64,000 nucleotides of DNA from an uncultured Oscillospiraceae bacterium (GTDB taxonomy: Bacteria > Bacillota > Clostridia > Oscillospirales > Ruminococcaceae): NCBI GenBank assembly GCA_963519235.1, contig CAUQLV010000002.1, positions 64,660-128,659 on the forward strand, given 5' to 3'. Below the pieces are notes generated by a model. That model made no database searches, was not told where the DNA came from, and saw nothing but the letters and a program-made list of their open reading frames with translations. Numbering within the stretch: position 1 is the first letter of the stretch; each line of letters opens with the position of its first letter. Positions 47,330-56,152 of this stretch are shown in pieces. The translations under genes were made by a program, and so were the position numbers.

Positions 47330-48922
47330 TTAGAAAAGCCAGTGGATTTGCAGCTTCTGTTCGCCGGTATCAGGGTTTCGCTCTCCGATGGAGATATGAT
47401 CCAGCAATTCGGCAGCCAGTTCCCGCGAAAGCGTTTTAAAATTCAGCAATTGATCGATTTGGCTGAGATTAGAGGACTGATTGCTGCTGTTTTTGAGATG
47501 CTCTAACTCGGCGTTGACTGCATCCACGCGGTTTTCCAACCGTTCTTTTTCGCGCAGATAGTCCCTGTTCAAGTTCATAAACTGCTCCGTATCTATCACA
47601 CCGGAAGACTTATCAAGATACAAGTCATGAATTGCTCTGGAACGCCGTTCCGCCTCCTGCTGCAAATTTCTAAGTTCTTTGCGCAGGGAGACCATTCTCT
47701 TTTCCGCCGGGTCGTCCTTCAATGACAGTTCTGTTCTGTTTGGCTCATAATACAGGCGGATATATCCATGAATCAGGGCGGCGACCTTCGCTTCCAGCAG
47801 GTCGAGCCGTATCATATGGTGGGAGCAAAGCGTCTGATTTGTGGAATACCGTTTGCACCGGAGATAGCAGCGTCGGCCGCTTCCGGTTCCATTGGACAGC
47901 TTGAGCATTGTGCTGCCGCAGTCCATACAGCGGACTTTTCCGGCGAGCGGGTGAATCATGCCAGAGCCGTCGCTCTTTGTGCGTTCACCGAGGAGGCGCT
48001 GAACGGTTTCAAAGGTATTCCTGTCAACGATCGCCTCGTGGGTATCCAAAACCACAATCCATTGGCTTTTCGGTACGGAAAGCAGCGCTTTAGATTTATA
48101 ACTGATTCTTCTGCGTTTACCCTGTACCATATCGCCCGCGTACATCCTGTTTTTCAGAATGCGTCCGACTGTTGTCCGGTTCCAAAGCCCAAGAGAATCT
48201 TTTTCAGAGCCGTTCACATAATTCAGCCCTTGTTGCTGCTTATATCTGGTTGGGTTGGGAATCCCCCGTTCATTCAGCTGTTCGGCAATGCGCTGTTTGC
48301 CGTATCCGGACAGATAGAGCCGGAAGATTTCACGGACGACATCGGCCGACTGCTTCTCGATCAGCAAATGGTTATGGTCAGCCGGGTCTTTCTGATACCC
48401 GTACACCGGGAAACTGCCGATATACTGTCCGCTTTTTCGTTTCATCCCCAAAACAGCGCGGATATTCTCTGACAGATCCTCTAAATACCATTCGTTGATG
48501 AGCCCGTTGATCTGACGGGCTTTTTTAGTTCCATTGAGTTCTGTATCCACATGATCCAGCACAGCCACAAAGCGGATGCCCCATAGCGGGAACTTATTAT
48601 GCAGAAATCGTTCCACCAACTCCATGTCGCGTGTAAAGCGGGATTGGGTCTTTACAAGAACGAGGTCAAACCTGCGCTGTTCCGCCTCCGCTATCATCTG
48701 GTTGAAAGCAGGGCGTGTACGGTCGGCACCGGAATAATCCTCGTCGCAATAAATATTGTAAATGTCCCAGCCGTTTTCCATCGCATATTTGACAAGCATC
48801 GTTTTCTGGTTTTGAATACTTTCCGATTCCATGCTTTTATCCGCATCCTCTTTGCTTAGCCGGCAATAAATTGCCGCCCGCTGCGAAGGGCTTTCCATTT
48901 TCTTTGCTGTTCCTCCTTTCAT
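47330..48922 (-). CDS. Large serine recombinase (resolvase domain, recombinase domain, Zn-ribbon, coiled-coil C-terminus; TnpX/TndX-like)
   Basis: AAIYCRLSKED catalytic-Ser motif, ...VKTQSRFTRD, recombinase domain (YGYQKD...), CMDCGSTM...CKRY Zn ribbon. The start may be the ATG at 48898. Confidence 0.9.
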   Translation of the reverse strand: MKGGTAKKMESPSQRAAIYCRLSKEDADKSMESESIQNQKTMLVKYAMENGWDIYNIYCDEDYSGADRTRPAFNQMIAEAEQRRFDLVLVKTQSRFTRDMELVERFLHNKFPLWGIRFVAVLDHVDTELNGTKKARQINGLINEWYLEDLSENIRAVLGMKRKSGQYIGSFPVYGYQKDPADHNHLLIEKQSADVVREIFRLYLSGYGKQRIAEQLNERGIPNPTRYKQQQGLNYVNGSEKDSLGLWNRTTVGRILKNRMYAGDMVQGKRRRISYKSKALLSVPKSQWIVVLDTHEAIVDRNTFETVQRLLGERTKSDGSGMIHPLAGKVRCMDCGSTMLKLSNGTGSGRRCYLRCKRYSTNQTLCSHHMIRLDLLEAKVAALIHGYIRLYYEPNRTELSLKDDPAEKRMVSLRKELRNLQQEAERRSRAIHDLYLDKSSGVIDTEQFMNLNRDYLREKERLENRVDAVNAELEHLKNSSNQSSNLSQIDQLLNFKTLSRELAAELLDHISIGERNPDTGEQKLQIHWLF

Positions 48923-49003
48923 GTAGCGCCTGTGGTGTAATTGCCTGTTCCATGGGTATGTTAAGGAGTTTGTACGCTATGATAAGGGGTCATATGGAAC
49001 TGT

Positions 49004-49876
49004 TTAGAATCGCCGAAAAGAACAGATTTCGTCCAACGCTTTTTTTGATTCCGGCACAAAAGGTGCTTGCATATGGAAAATATGCCACATATTTTCCCAT
49101 ATCTTGATGTCCACCTTAACACCGGCTTTTTCAGCTTTTTCTGCGAATCTCGTAGAATCGCTTAAAAACACATCATGCTCCGCTGCATGAATCAATACGG
49201 GCGGCAGACCGTCCAACTCGCCATATAATGGAGAGATTTCGGGAGCGGTGGGATTATTTGCAGTAACGTATATCTTAGCAATTCCAAGTGGGTCAACCAA
49301 CTTGAAGGGGTCTTTCGCGGCTTTCGTGATAAAGGAGTCTCCCTTGCCGGCAAGATCAAAAACCGGTGTAATAAAGTTTAATGCACAGGGCATTTCTATA
49401 TTGCTCTGTTTCAGTGCAAGAAGTGCAGACACAGCCAGCGCGCATCCTGACGAATCGCCCATTATTAGGATGTCTTTTCCATTAAAACCATTTTCGACAA
49501 TCCCTTTGTAGGCCGCTATCGCATCCTCTAATGCTGCCGGAAAAGGATATTCCGGTGCCAATCTGTAATCCGGCATATAGACATCAGTTTTTGCCACTGC
49601 ACAAATCCTTGCAGCGAATTCACGATTGGCAGGGAAAATACCGAGACAGAACCCTCCCCCATGGAAATAAAGAATCGCGTTGCCTTTCTTTCCTGAAGGA
49701 TGCCTGAACACCTCACAGCCGACTCCATTTATCGTTTGCTTTGAACTTTCAATGCCCGTTGGCATGCCATTTGATCTGATGCCTTTCATGGTCTTTCTGA
49801 CTACTCTCAGCGGCTTGTTCCAAATATTCGACCTGCGAAGCATAAATCTGACTAAAGAACTTTGCATACTGCTCAT
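49004..49876 (-). CDS. Alpha/beta hydrolase (HSL-family esterase)
   Basis: HGGGF oxyanion motif, GDSSGCAL nucleophile elbow, C-terminal HIFH. Confidence 0.8.
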   Translation of the reverse strand: MSSMQSSLVRFMLRRSNIWNKPLRVVRKTMKGIRSNGMPTGIESSKQTINGVGCEVFRHPSGKKGNAILYFHGGGFCLGIFPANREFAARICAVAKTDVYMPDYRLAPEYPFPAALEDAIAAYKGIVENGFNGKDILIMGDSSGCALAVSALLALKQSNIEMPCALNFITPVFDLAGKGDSFITKAAKDPFKLVDPLGIAKIYVTANNPTAPEISPLYGELDGLPPVLIHAAEHDVFLSDSTRFAEKAEKAGVKVDIKIWENMWHIFHMQAPFVPESKKALDEICSFRRF

Positions 49877-49970
49877 ACAATCACATCCATATAATAAAAT
49901 ACCGAGGGGTTTATCCCTCGGCTTTTATTCTAAGGCAATTTGAAATTTGCTTCATGACTTTTCTTGCTGA

Positions 49971-50837
49971 CTATACCGGTTTTTTTATTGGAACCAGAAT
50001 ATGAACCTTATTGTCTTTCGGATAAGAATGATCGTAAATAGTAAGCATCCCGATTCCATTCGGATTCATCTCAGCCTCTTTTACCATCATCCACTTATAC
50101 AGGTCATCAATAAATACTTCTCTAATGTCAAACATATCTCCATGGTAGATAAAATCTACATACCACCCGGCTGGTATGGTATACTCATCGAAATCAATCA
50201 ATCCCGTATCACTTACAGGCTGTCTTCCGCAAAAAACGTTGTATTCTCCATTATCGTTGCCTCCACAGCTGACGATGGTGTAGAAATTCTCTTGTTTAAA
50301 CGCATCGTTATTTGCCGATTCCAGCAGGAAGGTTTCTGTTGAGGTTTTCAGATTCTGCTTGAATGTGTCGGAATTGGTATCCGCCCCTACAAGAACGCCA
50401 TTCAATCTCATTGCAGGAAGAAAAACTGAATTGCCATTTAGAGCTAATGTACCTCTGTAATTTATGATGTCTCTTTCCACTATGGCAGCCCTCTGTATTC
50501 CATTTATCCGGCTCTTTTGAGTCCTGATATCAGTAGGGGACAAGCCGAACTGCTTTTTAAAGGCTCTGCTAAAAACTTCGGGATAATCAAAACCTAAGTC
50601 CATTGCGATTTCGATAACCGACTTGTCTGAGACCCTCAGCTGTTCGAGTGCTTTAGTGAGTTTTCTTCCCAGAACATATTGCTTAAGTGTTATTCCGGTT
50701 ACTGTTTTAAAGATTCTGTTAAAGTGGAAGTCCGATATCCCTGTGCGGGTTGAGAGATCTGTTAATTGCAGGCTCTCACCGAGATTGCATTCAATGAATT
50801 CGATTATTTCATTTATCACAGATACATAGAAGTTCAT
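49971..50837 (-). CDS. AraC-family transcriptional regulator with a GyrI-like effector-binding domain
   Basis: N-terminal double HTH (ISDFHFNRIFK...GFDYPEVFSRAFKKQFGLSP), and a C-terminal half of about 150 aa resembling GyrI/SOUL-type ligand domains. Confidence 0.75.
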   Translation of the reverse strand: MNFYVSVINEIIEFIECNLGESLQLTDLSTRTGISDFHFNRIFKTVTGITLKQYVLGRKLTKALEQLRVSDKSVIEIAMDLGFDYPEVFSRAFKKQFGLSPTDIRTQKSRINGIQRAAIVERDIINYRGTLALNGNSVFLPAMRLNGVLVGADTNSDTFKQNLKTSTETFLLESANNDAFKQENFYTIVSCGGNDNGEYNVFCGRQPVSDTGLIDFDEYTIPAGWYVDFIYHGDMFDIREVFIDDLYKWMMVKEAEMNPNGIGMLTIYDHSYPKDNKVHILVPIKKPV

Positions 50838-51040
50838 AAAACCCCTCCACTTTCCGTTCCGCCCCGCATCCTATTTCCGCTTTGCTCTTATCGTTGAAAC
50901 TCTGCTGACTCATGCCGCCACCGCCGTTATTTTCATTTCTATTTTAGCACTTGTTTTATATTTTTCATATAAAGAGTTCATTACCTAACACGATTTTAAT
51001 ATTAACGTAAAAAAGTCCAACTGCAACTCGACGGCGAAAA

Positions 51041-51742
51041 TCAGTTTTGCAGGATGTTGATTGTCCACTGATCCAGGACCTTCAATTGCTCTGGCGTATG
51101 AAACCAATGTTCGCCATTTTCCATGATTGTCAGGCGGCACCCAAAATATCTTGCAAAGTTCTCAACAATGCTTTGTTCTGTAAGGTTGTCCTTGCCCCCG
51201 TACAGAATTTCTGTTGGAACACTCCACTTAGTAATGGGATGTTTTTTTACATAGGATAGATACTCCCACGAAAGTGTTTGCCCAAAAGATGTCGGAATTG
51301 TGTGCTCCAGTTCAAGTTGATTTTCCGAGACATCTGCCCAAAGCATCATGTTTTGTATTAGTTGATGCATATCAAGAATTGGTGAAACAAAAAGGCATTC
51401 TTTTAGATTCTCACTTGCAAAACTTAACATACTAAACCATGCCCCAATGCTATTAGCCCGTATTGCAATCCAATCCCAATGTGATTTAGCATAGCTCATC
51501 ACCGCCAACAAGTCCGGGACAGCATGCCACGGGTCAAATGTATGCTTCTCATTTTTGCGCTCTCCGTGCTCTGGCAGATCAATACTCAAAACCTGCCAAC
51601 CATAACCGCCGGCAATTTCAGCGAAAGTTTCCGCCTCTTCTTTGCATCCACTCTGCCCGTGAATAAATAGATACAGATGATTAGAAGGCTCTCCAAAAAG
51701 AATGGATGGAATCCCGTTGATTTGAAAATTTCCCTTTTTCAT
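51041..51742 (-). CDS. Alpha/beta hydrolase family protein
   Basis: Start at the ATG at 51742 (RBS AAAGGAG). LFIHGQSG...ANSIGAW (GxSxG-like)...GEHWFH. Confidence 0.7.
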   Translation of the reverse strand: MKKGNFQINGIPSILFGEPSNHLYLFIHGQSGCKEEAETFAEIAGGYGWQVLSIDLPEHGERKNEKHTFDPWHAVPDLLAVMSYAKSHWDWIAIRANSIGAWFSMLSFASENLKECLFVSPILDMHQLIQNMMLWADVSENQLELEHTIPTSFGQTLSWEYLSYVKKHPITKWSVPTEILYGGKDNLTEQSIVENFARYFGCRLTIMENGEHWFHTPEQLKVLDQWTINILQN

Positions 51743-51788
51743 AAATACATACTCCTTTGCCGTATGAACTAATTTATATAGCAATAAA

Positions 51789-51803
51789 ACTAATCGCATT
51801 AGT
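51789..51803. promoter_or_regulatory. Palindromic operator candidate aCTAAT-cgc-ATTAGt
   Basis: Perfect 6-bp arms. It abuts a TATAAT hexamer (51803-51808) in the tetR / hydrolase divergent region. Confidence 0.45.
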
Positions 51804-51881
51804 ATAATATAATGATTAAGCTGACTTGTCAATATGCGTCTGGCAATCAATAGTATGTTTAATGAATTCTATTATTGACGA

Positions 51882-51898
51882 AGCTAATGTGATTAGCT
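51882..51898. promoter_or_regulatory. Palindromic operator candidate AGCTAAT-gtg-ATTAGCT
   Basis: Perfect 7-bp arms with the same CTAAT-N3-ATTAG core as 51789-51803. It lies between TTGACG (51875-51880) and TAAACT (51898-51903) upstream of tetR. Confidence 0.5.
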
Positions 51899-51947
51899 AA
51901 ACTATATACGTAGTCAATAAAAAATCGTTATTTAGAGAGGAATCATC

Positions 51948-52505
51948 ATGCGCATTACAAAAGAAGCAGTTATTCAGGCCACATCTGATATTGCCGACTC
52001 AGATGGCCTCAACAAGATTTCTTTGAAAGTTGTTGCTGAAAGGCTCAATATTCGCACTCCATCTTTATATAACCATATCGATAGTCTGGATGGTTTATTG
52101 CGAGAAGTAGCACATACTGGAATGAGAGCAATGAATGACCAGATGACACAAGCAGCGATCGGTCATTCAGGAGATGAGGCAATAAAGTCTATCAGCATCG
52201 CATATTTTAACTATATAATCGCCCATCCCGGAATTTATGAAATAATTCAATGGGCTCATTGGCATGGTAACAGCGAAACAGCCGCGATATTTGATAACTA
52301 CAAGGCTTTAATAATGAAACTTATTTTATCATGCAACTTGAAAACGCAAAAAAACGATGAAATTTTGAGTTTGTTAACGGGGATACTTCATGGATATTCA
52401 TCGCTGGAACTTGGAAAAGCACTTAAAAATCCAGAAGAAGCACTCCTAGGACTGGCCAATTCAATTGATATTGTACTATTGGGTTTACACGCAAAATATC
52501 ATTGA
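51948..52505 (+). CDS. TetR/AcrR family transcriptional regulator
   Basis: N-terminal HTH (ISLKVVAERLNIRTPSLYNHI). 185 aa. Divergent from the hydrolase gene. Confidence 0.85.
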   Translation: MRITKEAVIQATSDIADSDGLNKISLKVVAERLNIRTPSLYNHIDSLDGLLREVAHTGMRAMNDQMTQAAIGHSGDEAIKSISIAYFNYIIAHPGIYEIIQWAHWHGNSETAAIFDNYKALIMKLILSCNLKTQKNDEILSLLTGILHGYSSLELGKALKNPEEALLGLANSIDIVLLGLHAKYH

Positions 52506-52671
52506 TTTTTTAATTGCTTCATGATAATAAAGAAATTCTGAAAACATGGGCGGGGAGCAGAATTGAATTGCTGTAACAGAGCCATCTCCGCAGGAGAGAA
52601 ACAGCGCAAGAATGATGAAAAAATGAAACCCCCTTTGTATTATAATAGTTCATTGGAAAGGAGGGAGCATA

Positions 52672-53538
52672 ATGCAAGGCCAGACAACACGCATTGTTTC
52701 ACAAGCCATTTGCTATATTGAAGACCATCTGGAAGACAAGTTAGAATTGGATATGGTAGCGGCTGCGTTACACTATTCCAAATTCCATCTGCACAGGATG
52801 TTCACCAAAATGGTTGGGTTGACTATCCACGACTATGCCCAAAGGCGGCAACTTACAGAAGCGGCAAAACTTTTGGTTTTTTCTAAAAAGTCGATTATTG
52901 AAATCGCCCTCATTAGTGGCTATGAAAGTCAACAGGCGTTTACGGGTATTTTCAAAGCGATGTATAAAACCACTCCTGCGGAATTTCGGGAAGCAGAAGA
53001 GTTTTATCCGCTGCAACTCGAACTTCATCTCAACGAGGAGCTTATAAAAACGGACATTACCAAAGACGATATAAAATTCGCGACACCCTCAGATATTGAT
53101 GATTGGATGGAGCTTGTGAGCCTTACGATTGACGGATACCCCTGTCTTAATCAAACCGAATATTTTGAGAAGCTGCATCAGTATATTGCGGATCAAAAAG
53201 CCTTGGTTTTACGGGACGAGGGTATGGCAATCGGGATTATGGGCTTTTCAGCCGACTCGGGAAGTATAGATTTTCTGGCTGTTCACCCGCAGTATCGAAA
53301 TCTTGGCATTACGGAGCTGCTTCTCAATAAGCTTGCAGACGAACTGCTTTACGGCAAGGAAATCAGTTTAACTACATACCGGGCAGGCGATAAAGCGGAT
53401 ACAGGCTATCGTGAAGCATATAACCGACTTGGCTTTGCAGAAAAAGATTTACTTGTAGAATACGGTTATCCAACGCAGCGGTTTGTGCTCCCTCCAAAAT
53501 ACAAGGAGGACATACAAAATGATAAAGGCAAAAAATAG
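52672..53538 (+). CDS. Fusion protein: AraC-type HTH domain plus a GNAT acetyltransferase domain
   Basis: N-terminal part YSKFHLHRMFTK...GYESQQAFTGIFKAMYKTTPAEFR. C-terminal part ...IDFLAVHPQYRNLGITELLLNKL...YNRLGF (GNAT motif A). Confidence 0.75.
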   Translation: MQGQTTRIVSQAICYIEDHLEDKLELDMVAAALHYSKFHLHRMFTKMVGLTIHDYAQRRQLTEAAKLLVFSKKSIIEIALISGYESQQAFTGIFKAMYKTTPAEFREAEEFYPLQLELHLNEELIKTDITKDDIKFATPSDIDDWMELVSLTIDGYPCLNQTEYFEKLHQYIADQKALVLRDEGMAIGIMGFSADSGSIDFLAVHPQYRNLGITELLLNKLADELLYGKEISLTTYRAGDKADTGYREAYNRLGFAEKDLLVEYGYPTQRFVLPPKYKEDIQNDKGKK

Positions 53539-54769
53539 TTGGCAAAAGCAAACAATCCTTTTTCTCATCAGTCAATGTATCACATTATTTGGCTCAACAC
53601 TCGTCCAGATGGCAATTGTCTGGTACGTTACACTGGAAACATCAAGCGGTGTCTGGGTGGCCGCATTTTCGATCTGCTCTTATCTGCCGCAGTTTTTGAT
53701 CTCATTTGTAGGCGGTGTATGGGCTGACAGATACAGCCGAAAAAAATTGATTATTCTCTCTGATGCAATGATAGCGGCAATTACACTCGCGATGTTTTGC
53801 ATCATGCCGTTTATTTCTTCTGATCCGTTGCTGCTTGGCGCATTACTTGTTATGTCTGTTATCCGTTCACTCGGAGCAGGCATCCAGACGCCCTCGGTCA
53901 ATGCGGTTATTCCGCAGATTGTGCCCGAAGAACATTTGATGCGTTACAATGGAATAAATGCAACGATGCAATCTATTGTGCAGTTTGCGGCCCCCGCCGC
54001 TGCGGGAGCTATTTTAACCATTGGGACGCTCCATTCAACACTTCTGGTCGACGTACTGACCGCTGTGTTCGGCATTGGTATTTTATCCTGTGTGTTGATA
54101 CCGAAACAAGAAGCCCTTAAAGAGAAGCTATCTGTTTTTGTGGATATGAAAATCGGAATTGGCTATGCCTTTTCAGATGAGTTTATTGGCAAACTTCTGA
54201 TGATTTACGGCTTGTTTATACTTTTATGCGTACCTGCCGGCTTTATGGCGGGACTTTTAGTAAGCCGCGTTTATGGCGATACCTATTGGTATCTGACGGC
54301 CGTAGAACTTGTAGGCTTTGCGGGTATGGCTGTCGGTGGAATGTTAATGGGAACTTGGGGGGGGCTTAAGAGCCGCGTAAAAACGCTTATGGTTGGTCTC
54401 TTCAGTTTTGGAGCAATGGCAATCGGTATGGGGATCACACGCAATTTTATTCTCTACCTTGTTATAATGGTGTTATATGGCGTTGCTCTTACAATGATAC
54501 AGACGACAACAACCACATTGATACAGGAAAAGGCGGAAAAATCAATGCAAGGGCGTGTTTTTGGCCTGATGGGGTCAATGTACTCGGGATTTCTCCCCAT
54601 TGGAATGATCATCTTCGGACCGCTGGCAGATGAAATACCGCTGCAATGGATTATGGTTGGCTCCGGTGTCGCTCTTATCCTAATCGCAGCATTTATACGA
54701 GCGGATAAGACTTTAGGCGGTAGCTGCCGGAACCACAATGAGGAAAAAAATGGGTCCATCGAGCCATAA
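53519..54769 (+). CDS. MFS transporter (DHA3 / macrolide-efflux-like subfamily by N-terminal pattern)
   Basis: 12-TM protein. WADRYSRKKLII motif after TM2. Start at the ATG at 53519 (RBS AAGGAGGA), overlapping the upstream gene by 20 nt. Confidence 0.8.
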   Translation: MIKAKNSWQKQTILFLISQCITLFGSTLVQMAIVWYVTLETSSGVWVAAFSICSYLPQFLISFVGGVWADRYSRKKLIILSDAMIAAITLAMFCIMPFISSDPLLLGALLVMSVIRSLGAGIQTPSVNAVIPQIVPEEHLMRYNGINATMQSIVQFAAPAAAGAILTIGTLHSTLLVDVLTAVFGIGILSCVLIPKQEALKEKLSVFVDMKIGIGYAFSDEFIGKLLMIYGLFILLCVPAGFMAGLLVSRVYGDTYWYLTAVELVGFAGMAVGGMLMGTWGGLKSRVKTLMVGLFSFGAMAIGMGITRNFILYLVIMVLYGVALTMIQTTTTTLIQEKAEKSMQGRVFGLMGSMYSGFLPIGMIIFGPLADEIPLQWIMVGSGVALILIAAFIRADKTLGGSCRNHNEEKNGSIEP

Positions 54770-54814
54770 AGCTTGATTATATTAAACGTTGGAATTCAGG
54801 ACGAAGGGGAGATC

Positions 54815-55771
54815 ATGATGTATGACATTGTAGCGCTCGGCGAGCTGTTAATCGATTTTGCACCGGCAGGGGACAGAACTTTTCAGGCCAATGCGGGCGG
54901 TGCACCCGCCAATGTACTGGCTGCCGCTGCGAAGCTGGGAAAACGCACCGCGTTTATCGGAATGGTGGGAAATGATGATTTCGGCGACCTGCTGGAAAAG
55001 GACCTTCGGGCGGCCGGAATTGATACGACCGGCCTTTGCAGGACAGACTCCGCCTGCACAACGCTTGCGTTCGTGCAGCTGGATGCGCGGGGAGACCGGT
55101 CGTTCACTTTTGTGCGGCGGCCAGGAGCCGATATGCTTCTGTCGCCTGAACTTGTGAATGAATCTTTGATAAACGAGGCGAAAATATTTCATTTCGGCTC
55201 CGTTTCCATGACGGATGAGCCGGCCCGCTCTGCGACCCTTGCGGCGGCAAGCTGCGCGCGGGAACGCGGCGTGACGGTTTCCTATGATCCAAACCTGCGC
55301 CCGCTGCTTTGGCGTGACCTGCGGGAAGCAAAAGAGGTAATCTCTAGCGGACTGCAATATGCGGATATCCTCAAAATATCGGAGGAAGAGCTGGAGTTTT
55401 TGACCGGACAAACCAATTTGGAAAAGGGTTCCGCACAGCTGATGGGGTTTGGCCCTAAAGCCGTCTTCGTTACTTTGGGGCCGAAAGGCTGCTTTTTTCG
55501 CTGTGCGGGCGGCAACGGAAAGCTGCCCACCTATGACACCAAAGTGATTGACACCACCGGTTCCGGAGACGCTTTTTTTGGCGGCGCGCTTGTTTCTCTA
55601 TTGGAGCAGGGCGTGTGTGTTGACCGGATTACACTTGCCGAACTGGAAAAAGCCGCTGATTTCGGGAACTGCGCCGGGGCGCTGGCGGCGACAAAAAAAG
55701 GTGCGATTCCCGCCATGCCGGATAGACAGGCAATGGAAGACTGTCAAAAAACAGTGAAAAAGTTCCTCTAA
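54815..55771 (+). CDS. PfkB-family carbohydrate kinase (fructokinase-like)
   Basis: IVALGELLIDF...GGAPANV...DTTGSGDAF (PfkB signatures). Start at the ATG at 54815. Confidence 0.8.
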   Translation: MMYDIVALGELLIDFAPAGDRTFQANAGGAPANVLAAAAKLGKRTAFIGMVGNDDFGDLLEKDLRAAGIDTTGLCRTDSACTTLAFVQLDARGDRSFTFVRRPGADMLLSPELVNESLINEAKIFHFGSVSMTDEPARSATLAAASCARERGVTVSYDPNLRPLLWRDLREAKEVISSGLQYADILKISEEELEFLTGQTNLEKGSAQLMGFGPKAVFVTLGPKGCFFRCAGGNGKLPTYDTKVIDTTGSGDAFFGGALVSLLEQGVCVDRITLAELEKAADFGNCAGALAATKKGAIPAMPDRQAMEDCQKTVKKFL

Positions 55772-55800
55772 AAAAGCAGCCGCATAAAGCTAAGCGCAGC

Positions 55801-55833
55801 AAAAAAGGAAGCCTGATGTCAGGCTTCCTTTTT
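55801..55833 (+). terminator. Intrinsic terminator after the kinase gene
   Basis: aaaaaAGGAAGCCTGAtgTCAGGCTTCCTtttt. Confidence 0.8.
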
Positions 55834-55875
55834 GTAGCAGTTCTGCGTTTTTCGAGCTTGGCAAGCACTTTTGTG

Positions 55876-56067
55876 TCAATGTAAAGTGTGGTTTTCATTT
55901 TTGATCGGCCGTGGTTGCAGCGTTTCATTCTTTTCAGGAAGAAAATTGCTGTCGGATCGGAGTGCATTTAATAGATATCGATCAATTGCTTTCTGCAGAT
56001 TTTGTTTTCGTTCCGATTCGTTGAGAGACTGAAAGGTCTCGGTAATGACCAGCTTGACTTTGTTCAT
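55876..56067 (-). CDS. Small hypothetical protein at the right end of the element
   Basis: 63 aa from the ATG at 56067 (MNKVKLVITETFQSLNESERKQNLQKAIDRYLL...). The RBS is weak (GGGGTG). I recognise no family. Confidence 0.4.
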   Translation of the reverse strand: MNKVKLVITETFQSLNESERKQNLQKAIDRYLLNALRSDSNFLPEKNETLQPRPIKNENHTLH

Positions 56068-56152
56068 ATTCAAACACCCCGCATTATGCTTATGAGTTGG
56101 ACAAGAAGCGGTATGCACCCGTCAGAAAACGATTAGGATATGTGCTCCACGC

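Larger units (their letters stand above)
47298..56151. mobile_element. Integrated element of about 8.86 kb with a large serine recombinase, inserted in a P-loop NTPase gene
   Basis: It is bounded by CATG at 47294-47297 and 56152-56155. Joining the flanks restores one ORF. The recombinase gene ends 33 bp from the left junction. The central cargo is visibly more AT-rich than the flanks. Confidence 0.8.
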
